DNA of 64,000 nucleotides, taken from positions 2,368,001 to 2,432,000 of the forward strand of contig CBDCTK010000002.1 of assembly GCA_965222225.1 (NCBI GenBank), given 5' to 3'. Made by a program: the position numbers and the translations under genes. This stretch comes from Candidatus Poribacteria bacterium (GTDB lineage: Bacteria; Poribacteria; WGA-4E; JAJDTR01). Below are positions 9,087 through 18,758 of the stretch, in pieces. Each line of letters opens with the position of its first letter. The first letter of the stretch is position 1. The notes beneath the pieces were generated by a model that saw only the letters and a program-made list of their open reading frames with translations, had not been told where the DNA came from and ran no database searches.

Positions 9087-12000
9087 ATGACTAAAGAAAT
9101 CCCACTTTCCGCAATCTTCCACGTGAGTAGTCGCTTCCGCCGATCAGTTCATCTAGAACGCGATTTCTATGCGGAGAACTCGCTGGATGGCTATGTCGTA
9201 ACCGTCACCGCACGCGAAACGCTGCGGCGTCTGATTTCCGCACTTGAAAACCCCTCGGCGTCGAAGGCCTGGTCCCTCACCGGCCCCTACGGCTCTGGAA
9301 AATCTGCGTTCGCGCTTTTTGCCGCGAAACTCGTAGGAAATCCCGAATCGCCGGATACGAAGCAAGCTTTGAATCTACTGGAACGCGGGGATGAGGCCTT
9401 ATGGAATCAGTTTGTCGGCGTGTGTACTAGCCGGCCAAAGGAAAGAGGTTTCTGTCCCGTCCTCATCTCCGGAGAACGCGCACCAATTACCATCGCCTTA
9501 CTGCGTGGATTGGCAGGCGGTCTCACCGCTTTCGGTAGCGGCTCAGAGTTTGTTCCGCTCATCAAGGCAATCGAAAGACGATTGGGGAGCGCAACACCTG
9601 AAAGTCCTCCCTACGCTTCTGAAATCACAGGTTTTTTTGAAACCGCGACTCATCAGATTGGTGAAATTGGCGGCGCTGGGCTAATATTGGTCGTTGATGA
9701 GCTTGGGAAGTTCCTTGAATATGCCGCACAACACCCGTCGCAGGGGGACATGTTCGTCCTACAGAGCCTTGCGGAGTTTGCGGCAAGAAGCGAGGATACA
9801 CCTCTGTTTCTGCTGACGATTCTCCATCAAGCCTTTGAGCAGTACGCACAACGGCTGGGGAAATCCCAACGCGAGGAGTGGGCGAAGGTACAAGGGCGTT
9901 TCGAGGACGTTGCCTTCATGGAGCCGACGGAACAAGTGCTCCGCTTGATTGGGGATGCGATTGAGGCGGATCATCACGTCAATGCGTCAAAGGCTCTAGG
10001 TAAAGCACGAAGCTTTCTCGCCGTTTCGGTTGACCTCGATCTTAAACCGCGCCAACTTACTACGTATAATTTTCTTCAGCTTCTTGAAAACTGTTTACCC
10101 CTTCACCCAACAGTGGCGCTAATTGTGGGATCGCTTTTTCGCCGATTCGCACAAAATGAACGCTCTCTTTTCGCATTGCTCAATTCCGGCGAACCGCACG
10201 GGCTCCAAGATTTTCTTGCCAACAGTATCTGTAATGGGAATCGTCTACCGCTCTTTTCGCTCCCCGATTTATATGATTATATAAACACCGCATTCGGAAA
10301 TCGACTCTATGGGTCAAGCGATGGCAAAAAGTGGGCGGGAATTGAGTCCGCCATTGCGCGGTTGCCGAACCCGTCACCGATGATGGTGACACTTATCAAA
10401 ACCATCGGTCTGCTCGGCGTCGTCGGAGAGGTGAGCGCAAATCTGAAGGGCTCAACAAATCTACTCCGGTATGCGCTAGACAATGGGACAGAAAACTACT
10501 CTCAAGAATTTGAGAGTGCCCTGTCGGAATTGGAAAAGCGATCGATTGCAATTTACCGCCGCCACAACGGCGCCTACGCCCTTTGGGAGGGAAGCGATAT
10601 TGATATCGAATCGAGGCTGAGCGAGGCAACAGCCCAGCTTGACTCGAATCAGCGATTGGCGCCCACCATCTCGGAAGTGCTTCCACCCCAACCGCTTATT
10701 GCCCGCCGGCATCTCTTCGAGTCCGGCACGTTGCGATACTTCGTTATTCGATACACCGATGTTGAAAGATTTGATGCCGATCTCCAAGAGCCGTTAGGCA
10801 ATGCCGACGGTTTGGTACTCTACGCTCTTCCTGCCAGCGAATTTGAAACCGAGACGCTTGTGAAAAAAGCAACCGAGGTTGCCGATCGAACAGAGGTACT
10901 CATTGCGATTCCCCAATCTATCGATCTCCTACAAGATGCTGTCGCTGAACTCAGGCGTTTGCGGTGGGTTGAGGAAAACACACCTGAACTTGCTGGCGAT
11001 GCAACGGCGCGGCGCGAACTCTCAGCGCGAATTGCAGAGGCAGAACGAACCCTATCTAATCAGTTGTCATCCGTCTTTGGAGCAACTATCGCCGCGCAGG
11101 AAGAAGGAGGATGTACGTGGTACCATGGCAGTCAACCAAAGAAAATCGTCTCAAGACGAGAGCTGAATGAGTATCTTTCGAAAATATGTGATGATGTTTA
11201 CTACGAGACACCAATCCTTCGCAACGAACTCATCAACCAACGCCAGCTCTCTCACTCCGCCTCGCGAGCGCGAAGAATGCTGATTAAGGCAATGCTTGAA
11301 TGCGGGGTCCAAGAAAACCTTGGTATAACCGGCTATCCGCCGGAAAGGAGCGTATATCTCTCTTTACTATCGGATACCGGTATCCACCGTTACGTTTCTG
11401 GTGAATGGGGATTACACCCACCAAAATCCGATCGCAATAACATCTCCTATACTTGGTCAACTATTGAGGCATTTCTTGACGACTGTGAAGTGGAGCGTCA
11501 GCCAGTCTCAGAACTCTATAAACGTTTGGAAGAACCCCCGATTGGTCTGAGAAGTGGTCCCATGCCTATCCTCCTGTGCGCTGTCTTGCTGCATTACGAA
11601 GCGGAAATCGCACTGTACGAAGATGGTTCCTTTATTACGGATATCTCAATACCTGTTTTTGAGAGACTAATCAGGTCGCCGGAGAAATTTGAACTCAAGC
11701 GTTTCCGGATGAGCGGCATTCGATCAGAGGTATTCTCGCAATTCTTGACACTAATATCCAAACCGTCGCCGGAGACAGGGCAGCCAAACCTGCTCGCAGT
11801 CGTCAAACCCCTCGTGCGTTTTGTCACCAAACTGCCGCGTTATACGATGCTCACCCAAGAATTAACACAAGAAGCAATCGAATTTCGGAAAACTATTACC
11901 AGCGCGCGAGAACCCGACGCGCTCCTGTTCGTCCAATTGCCTCAAGCTCTCGGTTTTGATGCTTTTGGCCCCTACGAAGAAATGAATCCGACTACTGTGG

Positions 12001-12617
12001 GCCGATTTTTTAATACCTTGCAAAGAGTATTGTCTGAATTAAATCGGGCTTATGGTGACCTGCTGGATTTGGTTGCGGGTCTTCTGTCTTCGGCATTTTC
12101 ATTGAGAGGAAACGGCGAGGAGATTCGGGTAGAACTGTATAGACGGGCAGAATCACTGCTTGATTTGACGATTGAGACGAAACTCAAGGGATTTTTCCTT
12201 CGGGTCTGTGACGAAGAACTTGATTTTAGGGAATGGCTTGAGGCAATTGGTACCTACATCGTCCAGAAACCCCCGTCAGCTTGGAACGACACCGACAAAA
12301 CCCAGTTTCAGATGAACCTTGCCGAACTTGGGAAGAAGTTTCACCACTTCGAAGCTGTTTCATTTGATCGACGAAAGCAATCCGATGTGTTTTCTGATAG
12401 TGATGGGGAAGTGATGCGCGTCGGCATCACCACACTCAAGGCGGAGGAGCAGGCGCGAGTAATTACGTTGCATCCAATCGCTGAAACACAGGCAAAGGAA
12501 ATCGAGCATGAAATTGAGCAGATTTTTGAACTCGCTGGCGTTGCCGAGGATACTGAACTTCGTCTTGCTGTATTGGCGCGTCTATCCCGAAAGTTAATGG
12601 AGCAGCTTGAGGATTAA
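9087..12617 (+). CDS. sspC: Large P-loop ATPase, SspC-like
   Basis: 1176 aa; RSVHLERD, Walker A GPYGSGKS, Walker B LVVDELGKFLEY, EW.KVQGRF, PLHP and FAQNERSLF motifs; lies between the DUF4007 and PAPS reductase genes. Confidence 0.8.
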   Translation: MTKEIPLSAIFHVSSRFRRSVHLERDFYAENSLDGYVVTVTARETLRRLISALENPSASKAWSLTGPYGSGKSAFALFAAKLVGNPESPDTKQALNLLERGDEALWNQFVGVCTSRPKERGFCPVLISGERAPITIALLRGLAGGLTAFGSGSEFVPLIKAIERRLGSATPESPPYASEITGFFETATHQIGEIGGAGLILVVDELGKFLEYAAQHPSQGDMFVLQSLAEFAARSEDTPLFLLTILHQAFEQYAQRLGKSQREEWAKVQGRFEDVAFMEPTEQVLRLIGDAIEADHHVNASKALGKARSFLAVSVDLDLKPRQLTTYNFLQLLENCLPLHPTVALIVGSLFRRFAQNERSLFALLNSGEPHGLQDFLANSICNGNRLPLFSLPDLYDYINTAFGNRLYGSSDGKKWAGIESAIARLPNPSPMMVTLIKTIGLLGVVGEVSANLKGSTNLLRYALDNGTENYSQEFESALSELEKRSIAIYRRHNGAYALWEGSDIDIESRLSEATAQLDSNQRLAPTISEVLPPQPLIARRHLFESGTLRYFVIRYTDVERFDADLQEPLGNADGLVLYALPASEFETETLVKKATEVADRTEVLIAIPQSIDLLQDAVAELRRLRWVEENTPELAGDATARRELSARIAEAERTLSNQLSSVFGATIAAQEEGGCTWYHGSQPKKIVSRRELNEYLSKICDDVYYETPILRNELINQRQLSHSASRARRMLIKAMLECGVQENLGITGYPPERSVYLSLLSDTGIHRYVSGEWGLHPPKSDRNNISYTWSTIEAFLDDCEVERQPVSELYKRLEEPPIGLRSGPMPILLCAVLLHYEAEIALYEDGSFITDISIPVFERLIRSPEKFELKRFRMSGIRSEVFSQFLTLISKPSPETGQPNLLAVVKPLVRFVTKLPRYTMLTQELTQEAIEFRKTITSAREPDALLFVQLPQALGFDAFGPYEEMNPTTVGRFFNTLQRVLSELNRAYGDLLDLVAGLLSSAFSLRGNGEEIRVELYRRAESLLDLTIETKLKGFFLRVCDEELDFREWLEAIGTYIVQKPPSAWNDTDKTQFQMNLAELGKKFHHFEAVSFDRRKQSDVFSDSDGEVMRVGITTLKAEEQARVITLHPIAETQAKEIEHEIEQIFELAGVAEDTELRLAVLARLSRKLMEQLED

Positions 12618-12670
12618 ATGGAGCAACCTGAAAATAGGCAGGCGAATTGTGCTCCCAGCAGGCAGCACAG

Positions 12671-12699
12671 TTGACAAAATAGCGTTTACGGCTTATAAT
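12671..12699 (+). promoter_or_regulatory. Consensus sigma70 promoter
   Basis: TTGACA (12671-12676), 17-nt spacer, TATAAT (12694-12699). Confidence 0.8.
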
Positions 12700-12716
12700 A
12701 TCAGATTGTAGGGTGC

Positions 12717-12789
12717 GATCAACCGAGTGAACAACGATCAAAGGAACGGATAGTGACTGCGATAGAAGATCCCGTGCGATATAGATCCT
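12717..12789 (+). repeat. Nested GATCAA elements in a REP
   Basis: Inner copy 12736-12773 inside an outer copy; the same outer 5' part recurs at 31163. Confidence 0.85.
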
Positions 12790-12940
12790 ACAGGTATATA
12801 GCAGGCAACTACAAAAACATGAAAAACCTTTCTTCAAATCAGCAATAATGGCTTTGCTATCGATTATTTAAACGGGCTCTAAAGCGGAGGGGATTTCTGC
12901 CCTATCGAGATGAAGCAAGATGCGGTGGGATCAAAACGGG

Positions 12941-13132
12941 ATGAAAATCGTCTACGACAGTGAAGCCGATGTTCTGTACGTTACTCGTGGCACACTAGAA
13001 TACACAGAGTACATTGAGCACTCCGAAGATGTAATTCTCCGTCTCGACCCCGACACCAAACGGTTGGTCGGAATCACAGTCATCGATCTTTCGCAGCACT
13101 TCGGGAAAGCGGATTTCAGCTTATCCAACTGA
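12941..13132 (+). CDS. DUF2283 domain protein (orphan)
   Basis: MKIVYDSEADVLYV...VILRLD...LVGITVID. Confidence 0.78.
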   Translation: MKIVYDSEADVLYVTRGTLEYTEYIEHSEDVILRLDPDTKRLVGITVIDLSQHFGKADFSLSN

Positions 13133-13155
13133 AATCCGTCCATCAGGAGGTAGAC

Positions 13156-13974
13156 ATGATCGAAAATAGACGCCACATCCTTGGGCTTTCCGGCGGCAAA
13201 GATAGCTCGGCGCTCGCCATTTACATGCGGAGTAGGGTGCCGGAGATGGAGTACGCTTTCTGCGACACCGGGAAGGAACTGCCGGAGACGTATGAATTTC
13301 TCGATCGCTTGGAAGCCTTTCTAGGCAAGAAGATTGAACGGTTAAACGCCGATCGTGACTTTGACCACTGGCTCTCGGTCTTTGGTGGACTGCTCCCGTC
13401 ATCTCAAGTGCGTTGGTGCACGCGCTTGTTGAAAATTAAACCGTTTGAGGAATTCGTGGGTGATGACTTGGCTTACAACTACGTCGCCATACGCGCCGAT
13501 GAAAACCGCGTCGGTTACAAGCCGCTCAAGAACGTTGAGAACCGAAATATCGAACCCAAATATCCGTTTAAGGAAGATGGCATCACCGAGGCGGATGTCT
13601 ATCGGATTCTGGAGGAGAGCGGTCTAGGCTTGCCAGAGTACTACAAGTGGCGGACACGCTCAGGATGCTATTTCTGTTTCTATCAACGCAAAGCCGAATG
13701 GGTTGGATTGATGGAAAAGCACCCCGATCTCTTTGAACTCGCTAAGACTTACGAGAAATTCAACGATGAGACGGGCGAGAGGTATACCTGGAGCCAAAGT
13801 GAAAGTTTGGCAGAACTTTCGGATACCGAGCGGATTGAGCAGATTAAGGACAGTTACGCGAAAGCCATGACGCGGAAGAAAACCTCGCAACCGAATCGTT
13901 CCTTGGTAGAAATTTTCGACGACACGCTTGATGACGAGGATGATGAGGAACCTTGTCTGATTTGCGATTTGTGA
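13156..13974 (+). CDS. sspD: PAPS reductase family protein, SspD-like
   Basis: SGGKDS PP-loop, DTG.E.PETY, RWCT..LK..P, RSGCYFC and C-terminal acidic CLIC; AGGAGGT SD. Confidence 0.85.
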   Translation: MIENRRHILGLSGGKDSSALAIYMRSRVPEMEYAFCDTGKELPETYEFLDRLEAFLGKKIERLNADRDFDHWLSVFGGLLPSSQVRWCTRLLKIKPFEEFVGDDLAYNYVAIRADENRVGYKPLKNVENRNIEPKYPFKEDGITEADVYRILEESGLGLPEYYKWRTRSGCYFCFYQRKAEWVGLMEKHPDLFELAKTYEKFNDETGERYTWSQSESLAELSDTERIEQIKDSYAKAMTRKKTSQPNRSLVEIFDDTLDDEDDEEPCLICDL

Positions 13975-13987
13975 GGACCAAATCAGT

Positions 13988-14581
13988 ATGTTATCCAACC
14001 TACCAGTTAAGCTTGTTCGATACAAACAAATAGCAACATGGAAAGATTGTCAGAATGCGCTCCCGACAGATGAACCTGCTGTTTACGCATGGTTTCAAGA
14101 TTTGACTTTGTCTGAAACTGTTCTTCATTCAGAGGAGAAATTTGTTGATACTATCATGCAGTGGTTTATGAATCCTCAGTCCGAAAAACGAGAAGCTCAT
14201 ATTTCGCCATTCTATGAGGTTGGTATAACAATTAAGTCTAAAAACCTTTCATCAGATAAGGAAGAGGATTTGAGGCAATATGCACACAGAGAAAACACCC
14301 GAAGAGAAATAGGTAGAGTTCTTGAAGCGATGTCCGTTTTTCAATCGCCATTATATATCGGGAAGGCCGATAAACTAGCGGACCGTATATGGGACCATAT
14401 TGATCGCAAGAGTGGTCTGCGTGACCGACTTGAAACAGCTGGTTTGTCTCTTGATAATTGTTTATTAGCCTATGTGCAGATATCCAAAAGCGACGGAGAA
14501 ACTCAAACTTCCTTGGTCAGATTAGTTGAAGATATCATCACAAGACTGTCGCGACCAGGGTTTGTATTACGTATTGGTTAA
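13988..14581 (+). CDS. GIY-YIG-like nuclease
   Basis: PAVYAW...PLYIGKA..L.DRI..H...VEDII....RP motif order of the GIY-YIG superfamily. Confidence 0.65.
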   Translation: MLSNLPVKLVRYKQIATWKDCQNALPTDEPAVYAWFQDLTLSETVLHSEEKFVDTIMQWFMNPQSEKREAHISPFYEVGITIKSKNLSSDKEEDLRQYAHRENTRREIGRVLEAMSVFQSPLYIGKADKLADRIWDHIDRKSGLRDRLETAGLSLDNCLLAYVQISKSDGETQTSLVRLVEDIITRLSRPGFVLRIG

Positions 14582-14604
14582 ATCCAAGAATTAAGGACAG
14601 CATT

Positions 14605-16461
14605 ATGTCAAACAATATACTTGACACTTTCGAGGCGGAAACACAGAATAAATATACACAGGAATTAATCTTTGTTCCGGGTGAATATAGGCTTTCTCAA
14701 ATTGGCACAATACCATATTTTGCTGCAGTTATGCCCCTCCGAGATCTAGTTGATCAAATTTATCTTGTTGAAGACATACCTGAAGAGACAAGGTTTAATT
14801 GGTCCTTAGAAGAGTTGTTCCAACGGGATATCAGCTGGAAAAGAGTAAGAGAAGAACTAGTTGACGGATATCTCAAGAATCATAACAAACTCACCTTCTT
14901 CAACTCATTGACAATTGCGTTGTTACCTAGAAACGGATTAGTGATAGAAGACTCCTACGGCGAAGCAGAATTTTCACCTTCCGGTCGCGGCGAGGGCTGG
15001 AATAGAACTGACGTTGGGAACATCTGCGTTGAGTTTTTGAATTCCGGTGGCATAGGAGTACTTCGATGGAATAAGGACAGGATTTTCCCCGTCGCAATTG
15101 ATGGACAACATCGTTTAGCCGCTTTGAAGGAATATTACAACCAGAGGCGGGAGAATACAGCACCGAATTCCCCTGAATTTAACACGAAGATCCCGCTTAT
15201 CTTTTTGATTCTTGACCAACGACTTGGATTCGAAGGGAGGCCTGAAGACTCTCTAATACGAACACTCAGAGAAATCTTTATAGATTTGAACAAAAACGCC
15301 AAGGAAGTACCAAATTCTAGAGTTATACTTCTTGAAGACCAAGATATTCAATCCTTGTGTGTTCGTACCTTGCTTGCCAACAAGGCCAAAGATCTTTCCG
15401 CAGATGTCCTGCCATTATCCGTTGTAACATGGCGTCAAGATGAGGCTAAGTTTGATTCGGGTTACAGTTTTACCTCTGTCTTGAATCTTAATGATATTGT
15501 CAGTAATTGCTTTGATCGTGCCTCCCTTCAAGTGGCGGATTTGTTGGAAGAAAGGCGAATAAAACAGTACGTCGATAAAATTAAGGCAAAGCTTCAGTTG
15601 GAGTCTAGTGACCAAGAAAGTATTCAAGAGCTCGTACAATTATGTATTAGTAGACTAGATCCATTCGCTTTCAAGGAAGAGCACTTAAACGCTATTCGGG
15701 CGGCCTTTTGTCAACAATGGGCACCTCATATAGTCAAAGTATTTAAAGAGTTTGAACCTTATAGGAATTACCTTTCAACAGCGCAAGAAATTGGGGCTCT
15801 GGATGGGATGTTATCTGATTATTTACTGCTTCCAATCGAAAAACGCAATACGTTCGAAGATAGAAAGAAAATTGACGACGAAACATTCAATCCTGACATC
15901 GAAATTGAGGCTCCCCTCAAAAAATTGGAAAATTTGAAATTGAACGAGTGGGCGTTTCAAGTTGTATTTCAAAAGGCGCTTTTTATCAATCTCTTTGAGC
16001 TGGAGCCGCAAGCGTCATCTGTATTTCAGGTCAATGGGAGAGACAATATTGTTACTTGGTGGATTTCTCATCTAAACGAACTTCATCGACAAGGAGTTTT
16101 TCATCTTCATTGGAAGGCCGAAAAGGGAATGGCCGACTTATGGTTAGGGATTGCTAACAATCCTGGTTCGGGGACAATCCAATATTCTCAAGCGGCTGCT
16201 AACCGAATAAGTTCCTTCATTACGATTTGCATTTATTTTAAGCACAGCGATTTAACGCTGAATGTAGACGAGTTTGCGAATTCCCTGATGGATGATAGTG
16301 ACACACTTCCAGCGCTAGTAAAAAATGCTTTCAGTAGGGTCAAGGCAGGATTAGAATCCTTAGTAAAAGCGATGACGTCTTCTGATGAGATTGATGAGGA
16401 AACATTGGATCGAGATGTGAAATCGCACCTTGTAAAACGGCTCAATCCACTTCGAGGTTGA
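14605..16461 (+). CDS. DGQHR-domain (DndB-like, ParB/Srx fold) protein with long C-terminal extension
   Basis: LFQRDI, IDGQHRLAAL and REIFIDLNKNAK motifs; 618 aa; visibly AT-rich. Confidence 0.85.
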   Translation: MSNNILDTFEAETQNKYTQELIFVPGEYRLSQIGTIPYFAAVMPLRDLVDQIYLVEDIPEETRFNWSLEELFQRDISWKRVREELVDGYLKNHNKLTFFNSLTIALLPRNGLVIEDSYGEAEFSPSGRGEGWNRTDVGNICVEFLNSGGIGVLRWNKDRIFPVAIDGQHRLAALKEYYNQRRENTAPNSPEFNTKIPLIFLILDQRLGFEGRPEDSLIRTLREIFIDLNKNAKEVPNSRVILLEDQDIQSLCVRTLLANKAKDLSADVLPLSVVTWRQDEAKFDSGYSFTSVLNLNDIVSNCFDRASLQVADLLEERRIKQYVDKIKAKLQLESSDQESIQELVQLCISRLDPFAFKEEHLNAIRAAFCQQWAPHIVKVFKEFEPYRNYLSTAQEIGALDGMLSDYLLLPIEKRNTFEDRKKIDDETFNPDIEIEAPLKKLENLKLNEWAFQVVFQKALFINLFELEPQASSVFQVNGRDNIVTWWISHLNELHRQGVFHLHWKAEKGMADLWLGIANNPGSGTIQYSQAAANRISSFITICIYFKHSDLTLNVDEFANSLMDDSDTLPALVKNAFSRVKAGLESLVKAMTSSDEIDEETLDRDVKSHLVKRLNPLRG

Positions 16462-17011
16462 AGATTCCTCCTGTTTAAAGAGCCGTCAGAAAATTACTGA
16501 GATGGACCACCATAGATTTGATTCGCAAACCAATTTACGGAGGATATGTAGAGATAGTTAACCCAAGTTCCCTCCTTTGTCCGACAGGGGCACAGAAACC
16601 GAGCTAATTCCGACGTGAAAACACGAGATTGACGAAAATCAGGCCAATATACCTTTAATTTAGCGAACGTGGACCAAAAACTCGGTTTCTCTGTTATAGG
16701 TAGTAACTTGCGTTAAGTAATTTAAAGCCTACCTCTGTTCCTGTCCTTTGATACGAGCCATGGTGACACATTCTTTTTTGGGCAGCAGGACCTTACCTAG
16801 GAGAACAAAAGTTCCCCCACGGGCGTTGCGGCTCTATTTCAAACGCAGCACCGTAGACAAACACCTAGATTACTTTTGGGACTTAGTAGTTAACTGCTTT
16901 TTGGTCGATTTGCTTGCTTTTCTCTTCTTAATGTACAATAACTTTAGACAGTGTTCGGAATCTTGATTCACACTAAAATACATCTCTATAAGAGAGAAAT
17001 GGAGGCATATC

Positions 17012-17134
17012 ATGTTGACCAAGCGTTTGTACATGCTCGCGGGAGCATTGCGGGTTATCTGCGGGATTTTAATTTCCAACACTATGGGATTTTCAGCACA
17101 CCATGATGTTGTCGTTGACAGAATATACCGATAG
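17012..17134 (+). CDS. 40-aa hydrophobic mini-ORF inside the IS, convergent with the transposase
   Basis: MLTKRLYMLAGALRVICGILISNTMGFSAHHDVVVDRIYR; GGAGG 6 nt upstream; TTGCTT-18-TACAAT at 16910-16939; also open in copy 2 (42929-43051, -). Confidence 0.4.
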   Translation: MLTKRLYMLAGALRVICGILISNTMGFSAHHDVVVDRIYR

Positions 17135-17152
17135 CCAAACAATTCATGTGGC

Positions 17153-18007
17153 TCAGGTGAAGCATTCATCAAAAAATCTTATGAAAATCTCATCATCTTT
17201 TCTGCGATTATATTTCCAGCAAGACTCCATGATATACAGTGGCAGCCACTTCTTGCTGTAGTGATGATGCGTTCCGTAGAATGACCTCTTGACACAAGCC
17301 CAAAACGACTCGATGGTGTTGGTGTGAGTTACGCCGTCCTCAGAAACATATCTCTCTTGGTGATGGATAACATGTCTTTCGATATCTTCGTCCAGACTAT
17401 TGTAAGAGCGAAATTCATCAGTCATAAGAATAGACTCATCGGGTGAGACATTGCTAAGGATGAATTCTCTGATATTTTCACCAGATAGAACCTTCATGAA
17501 TTTAGCAACCACCCGACCGCCTCTCTCGACTACGCCGATGACGGGAGATTTATTTGTGCCTCTACCTCTCTTAGATTTTGCTCTGGGTTTGCCGCCGACA
17601 TAGGTTTCGTCCGCTTCAACTATCCCTTTCAGCAATTCATCACTATCACTCATTTTCTCACGGAGGCGCATTGCCATATACCAAGCGGACTTTTGATTCA
17701 TGTCCAAGTCACGAGCAAGCTGACAACTCGATATGCTTTTCTTGGCATTGGAAAGAATTGAGATAGCCAAAAACCATTTCTGGAGAGGTATCTTGGTACC
17801 ATGGAAGATGGTTCCTGCTGTAGCCGAAAAGCTAGATTCACAATCGTAGCAATTCCAACCAGTAGTAATGTCGTTTTTGTTCTTGCGTCCAACTTTTTCA
17901 CTGCCACAGTGGATACAGCAAACACCGTCCTTCCAACGTTTTTCCTCTATAAATCTGAGACAAGATTCTTGATTTGGAAACTCTTTCATAAGATTCAAAA
18001 TGTCCAT
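17153..18007 (-). CDS. IS1595 family transposase (Zn ribbon + DDE)
   Basis: C..C...C..C Zn ribbon, TIFH.TK.PL..WF, VEADETY, TDE and HTNTIES.W...KR motifs. Confidence 0.95.
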   Translation of the reverse strand: MDILNLMKEFPNQESCLRFIEEKRWKDGVCCIHCGSEKVGRKNKNDITTGWNCYDCESSFSATAGTIFHGTKIPLQKWFLAISILSNAKKSISSCQLARDLDMNQKSAWYMAMRLREKMSDSDELLKGIVEADETYVGGKPRAKSKRGRGTNKSPVIGVVERGGRVVAKFMKVLSGENIREFILSNVSPDESILMTDEFRSYNSLDEDIERHVIHHQERYVSEDGVTHTNTIESFWACVKRSFYGTHHHYSKKWLPLYIMESCWKYNRRKDDEIFIRFFDECFT

Positions 18008-18182
18008 AGCAAACTCCTACGAGAAGAATAGTCACTATGGACATCTACGTGTGACGAAAAGATTTACGACAGGGTACCAAGTTTTATGTTTGTCGTCAGT
18101 CTAAAAGCTACAAGCTACTAATTCCGTTACTTTTTCAATAACTGAAGCAAGATGTAGCATCTCCATACCTAGCAAATCAATT

Positions 18183-18758
18183 ATGAAAAACTTATTGATA
18201 AAAGACGCAAATGAGATACATTCATGCCCATCCAAGTATGAAACATACCGTCGTAATATAGAAAAAGTGGAATATAAGAGATTTTGCCTGACTGAAGCGC
18301 AGTTTAATCACTTAGTTTTCATGGAAGCTAATGACACCGTTTGGGACAAAAATCAGGCACTGGTTAATAAGCTAACTCCCGAAGGTCAGCCCCGCACGCT
18401 CAAAGCCGTAACGGAGAGAATTGTGAAGGAATATCCTCATGATTCGCCTATCAACGTCTTTAAGCATCTGTCTGAGGATGAGCCGTGGTTTGACGGATGT
18501 TTTATTGTGAGTGCTCGATTCGATCATCGTTTACTGGGGGAATTGAAGATTAGGCCCTTGACTCACTGGGAGAAAAAGCATTCCCCTGAAGATTCATTTT
18601 ATCTTGAGGACGGGAATCACAGGGCCTTGGTTTATTCTGTTTTCCTTCAATTAGGGGCCTCAAAAGAATATGAATCTGCGTACGCAGTTTGGAGCCTAGA
18701 TTGGGAGCATATTTATCCATGGGCACGGGTGTCCCAAAACAGTCAAAAGGAATACTAG
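18183..18758 (+). CDS. Hypothetical protein with ParB/Srx-like DGNHR motif
   Basis: 191 aa; FYLEDGNHRAL. Confidence 0.6.
   Translation: MKNLLIKDANEIHSCPSKYETYRRNIEKVEYKRFCLTEAQFNHLVFMEANDTVWDKNQALVNKLTPEGQPRTLKAVTERIVKEYPHDSPINVFKHLSEDEPWFDGCFIVSARFDHRLLGELKIRPLTHWEKKHSPEDSFYLEDGNHRALVYSVFLQLGASKEYESAYAVWSLDWEHIYPWARVSQNSQKEY

Larger units (their letters stand above)
16878..18126 (-). mobile_element. IS1595-family insertion sequence, copy 1 (1249 bp)
   Basis: Ends CGGAATTAGTAGCT / GGGACTTAGTAGTT (imperfect IR); perfect 8-bp TSD TTACTTTT at 16870-16877 and 18127-18134; boundaries confirmed by copy 2. Confidence 0.93.

Noticed and set aside
3843-13974. BREX type 4 assignment
   Set aside because: No pglZ or brxL in the window; the gene set fits sspBCD better, although this needs HMM confirmation.
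3696-16461. Direct link between GATC in the micro-element and the PT system
   Set aside because: GATC is a Dnd-type PT motif, whereas characterised Ssp systems mark CCA, and the element is spread across the whole window. There is no supporting evidence here.
16870-17172. 100-aa ORF overlapping the transposase end (and 42891-43193)
   Set aside because: No SD, it runs through the terminal IR and stops in flanking DNA; probably a shadow frame.
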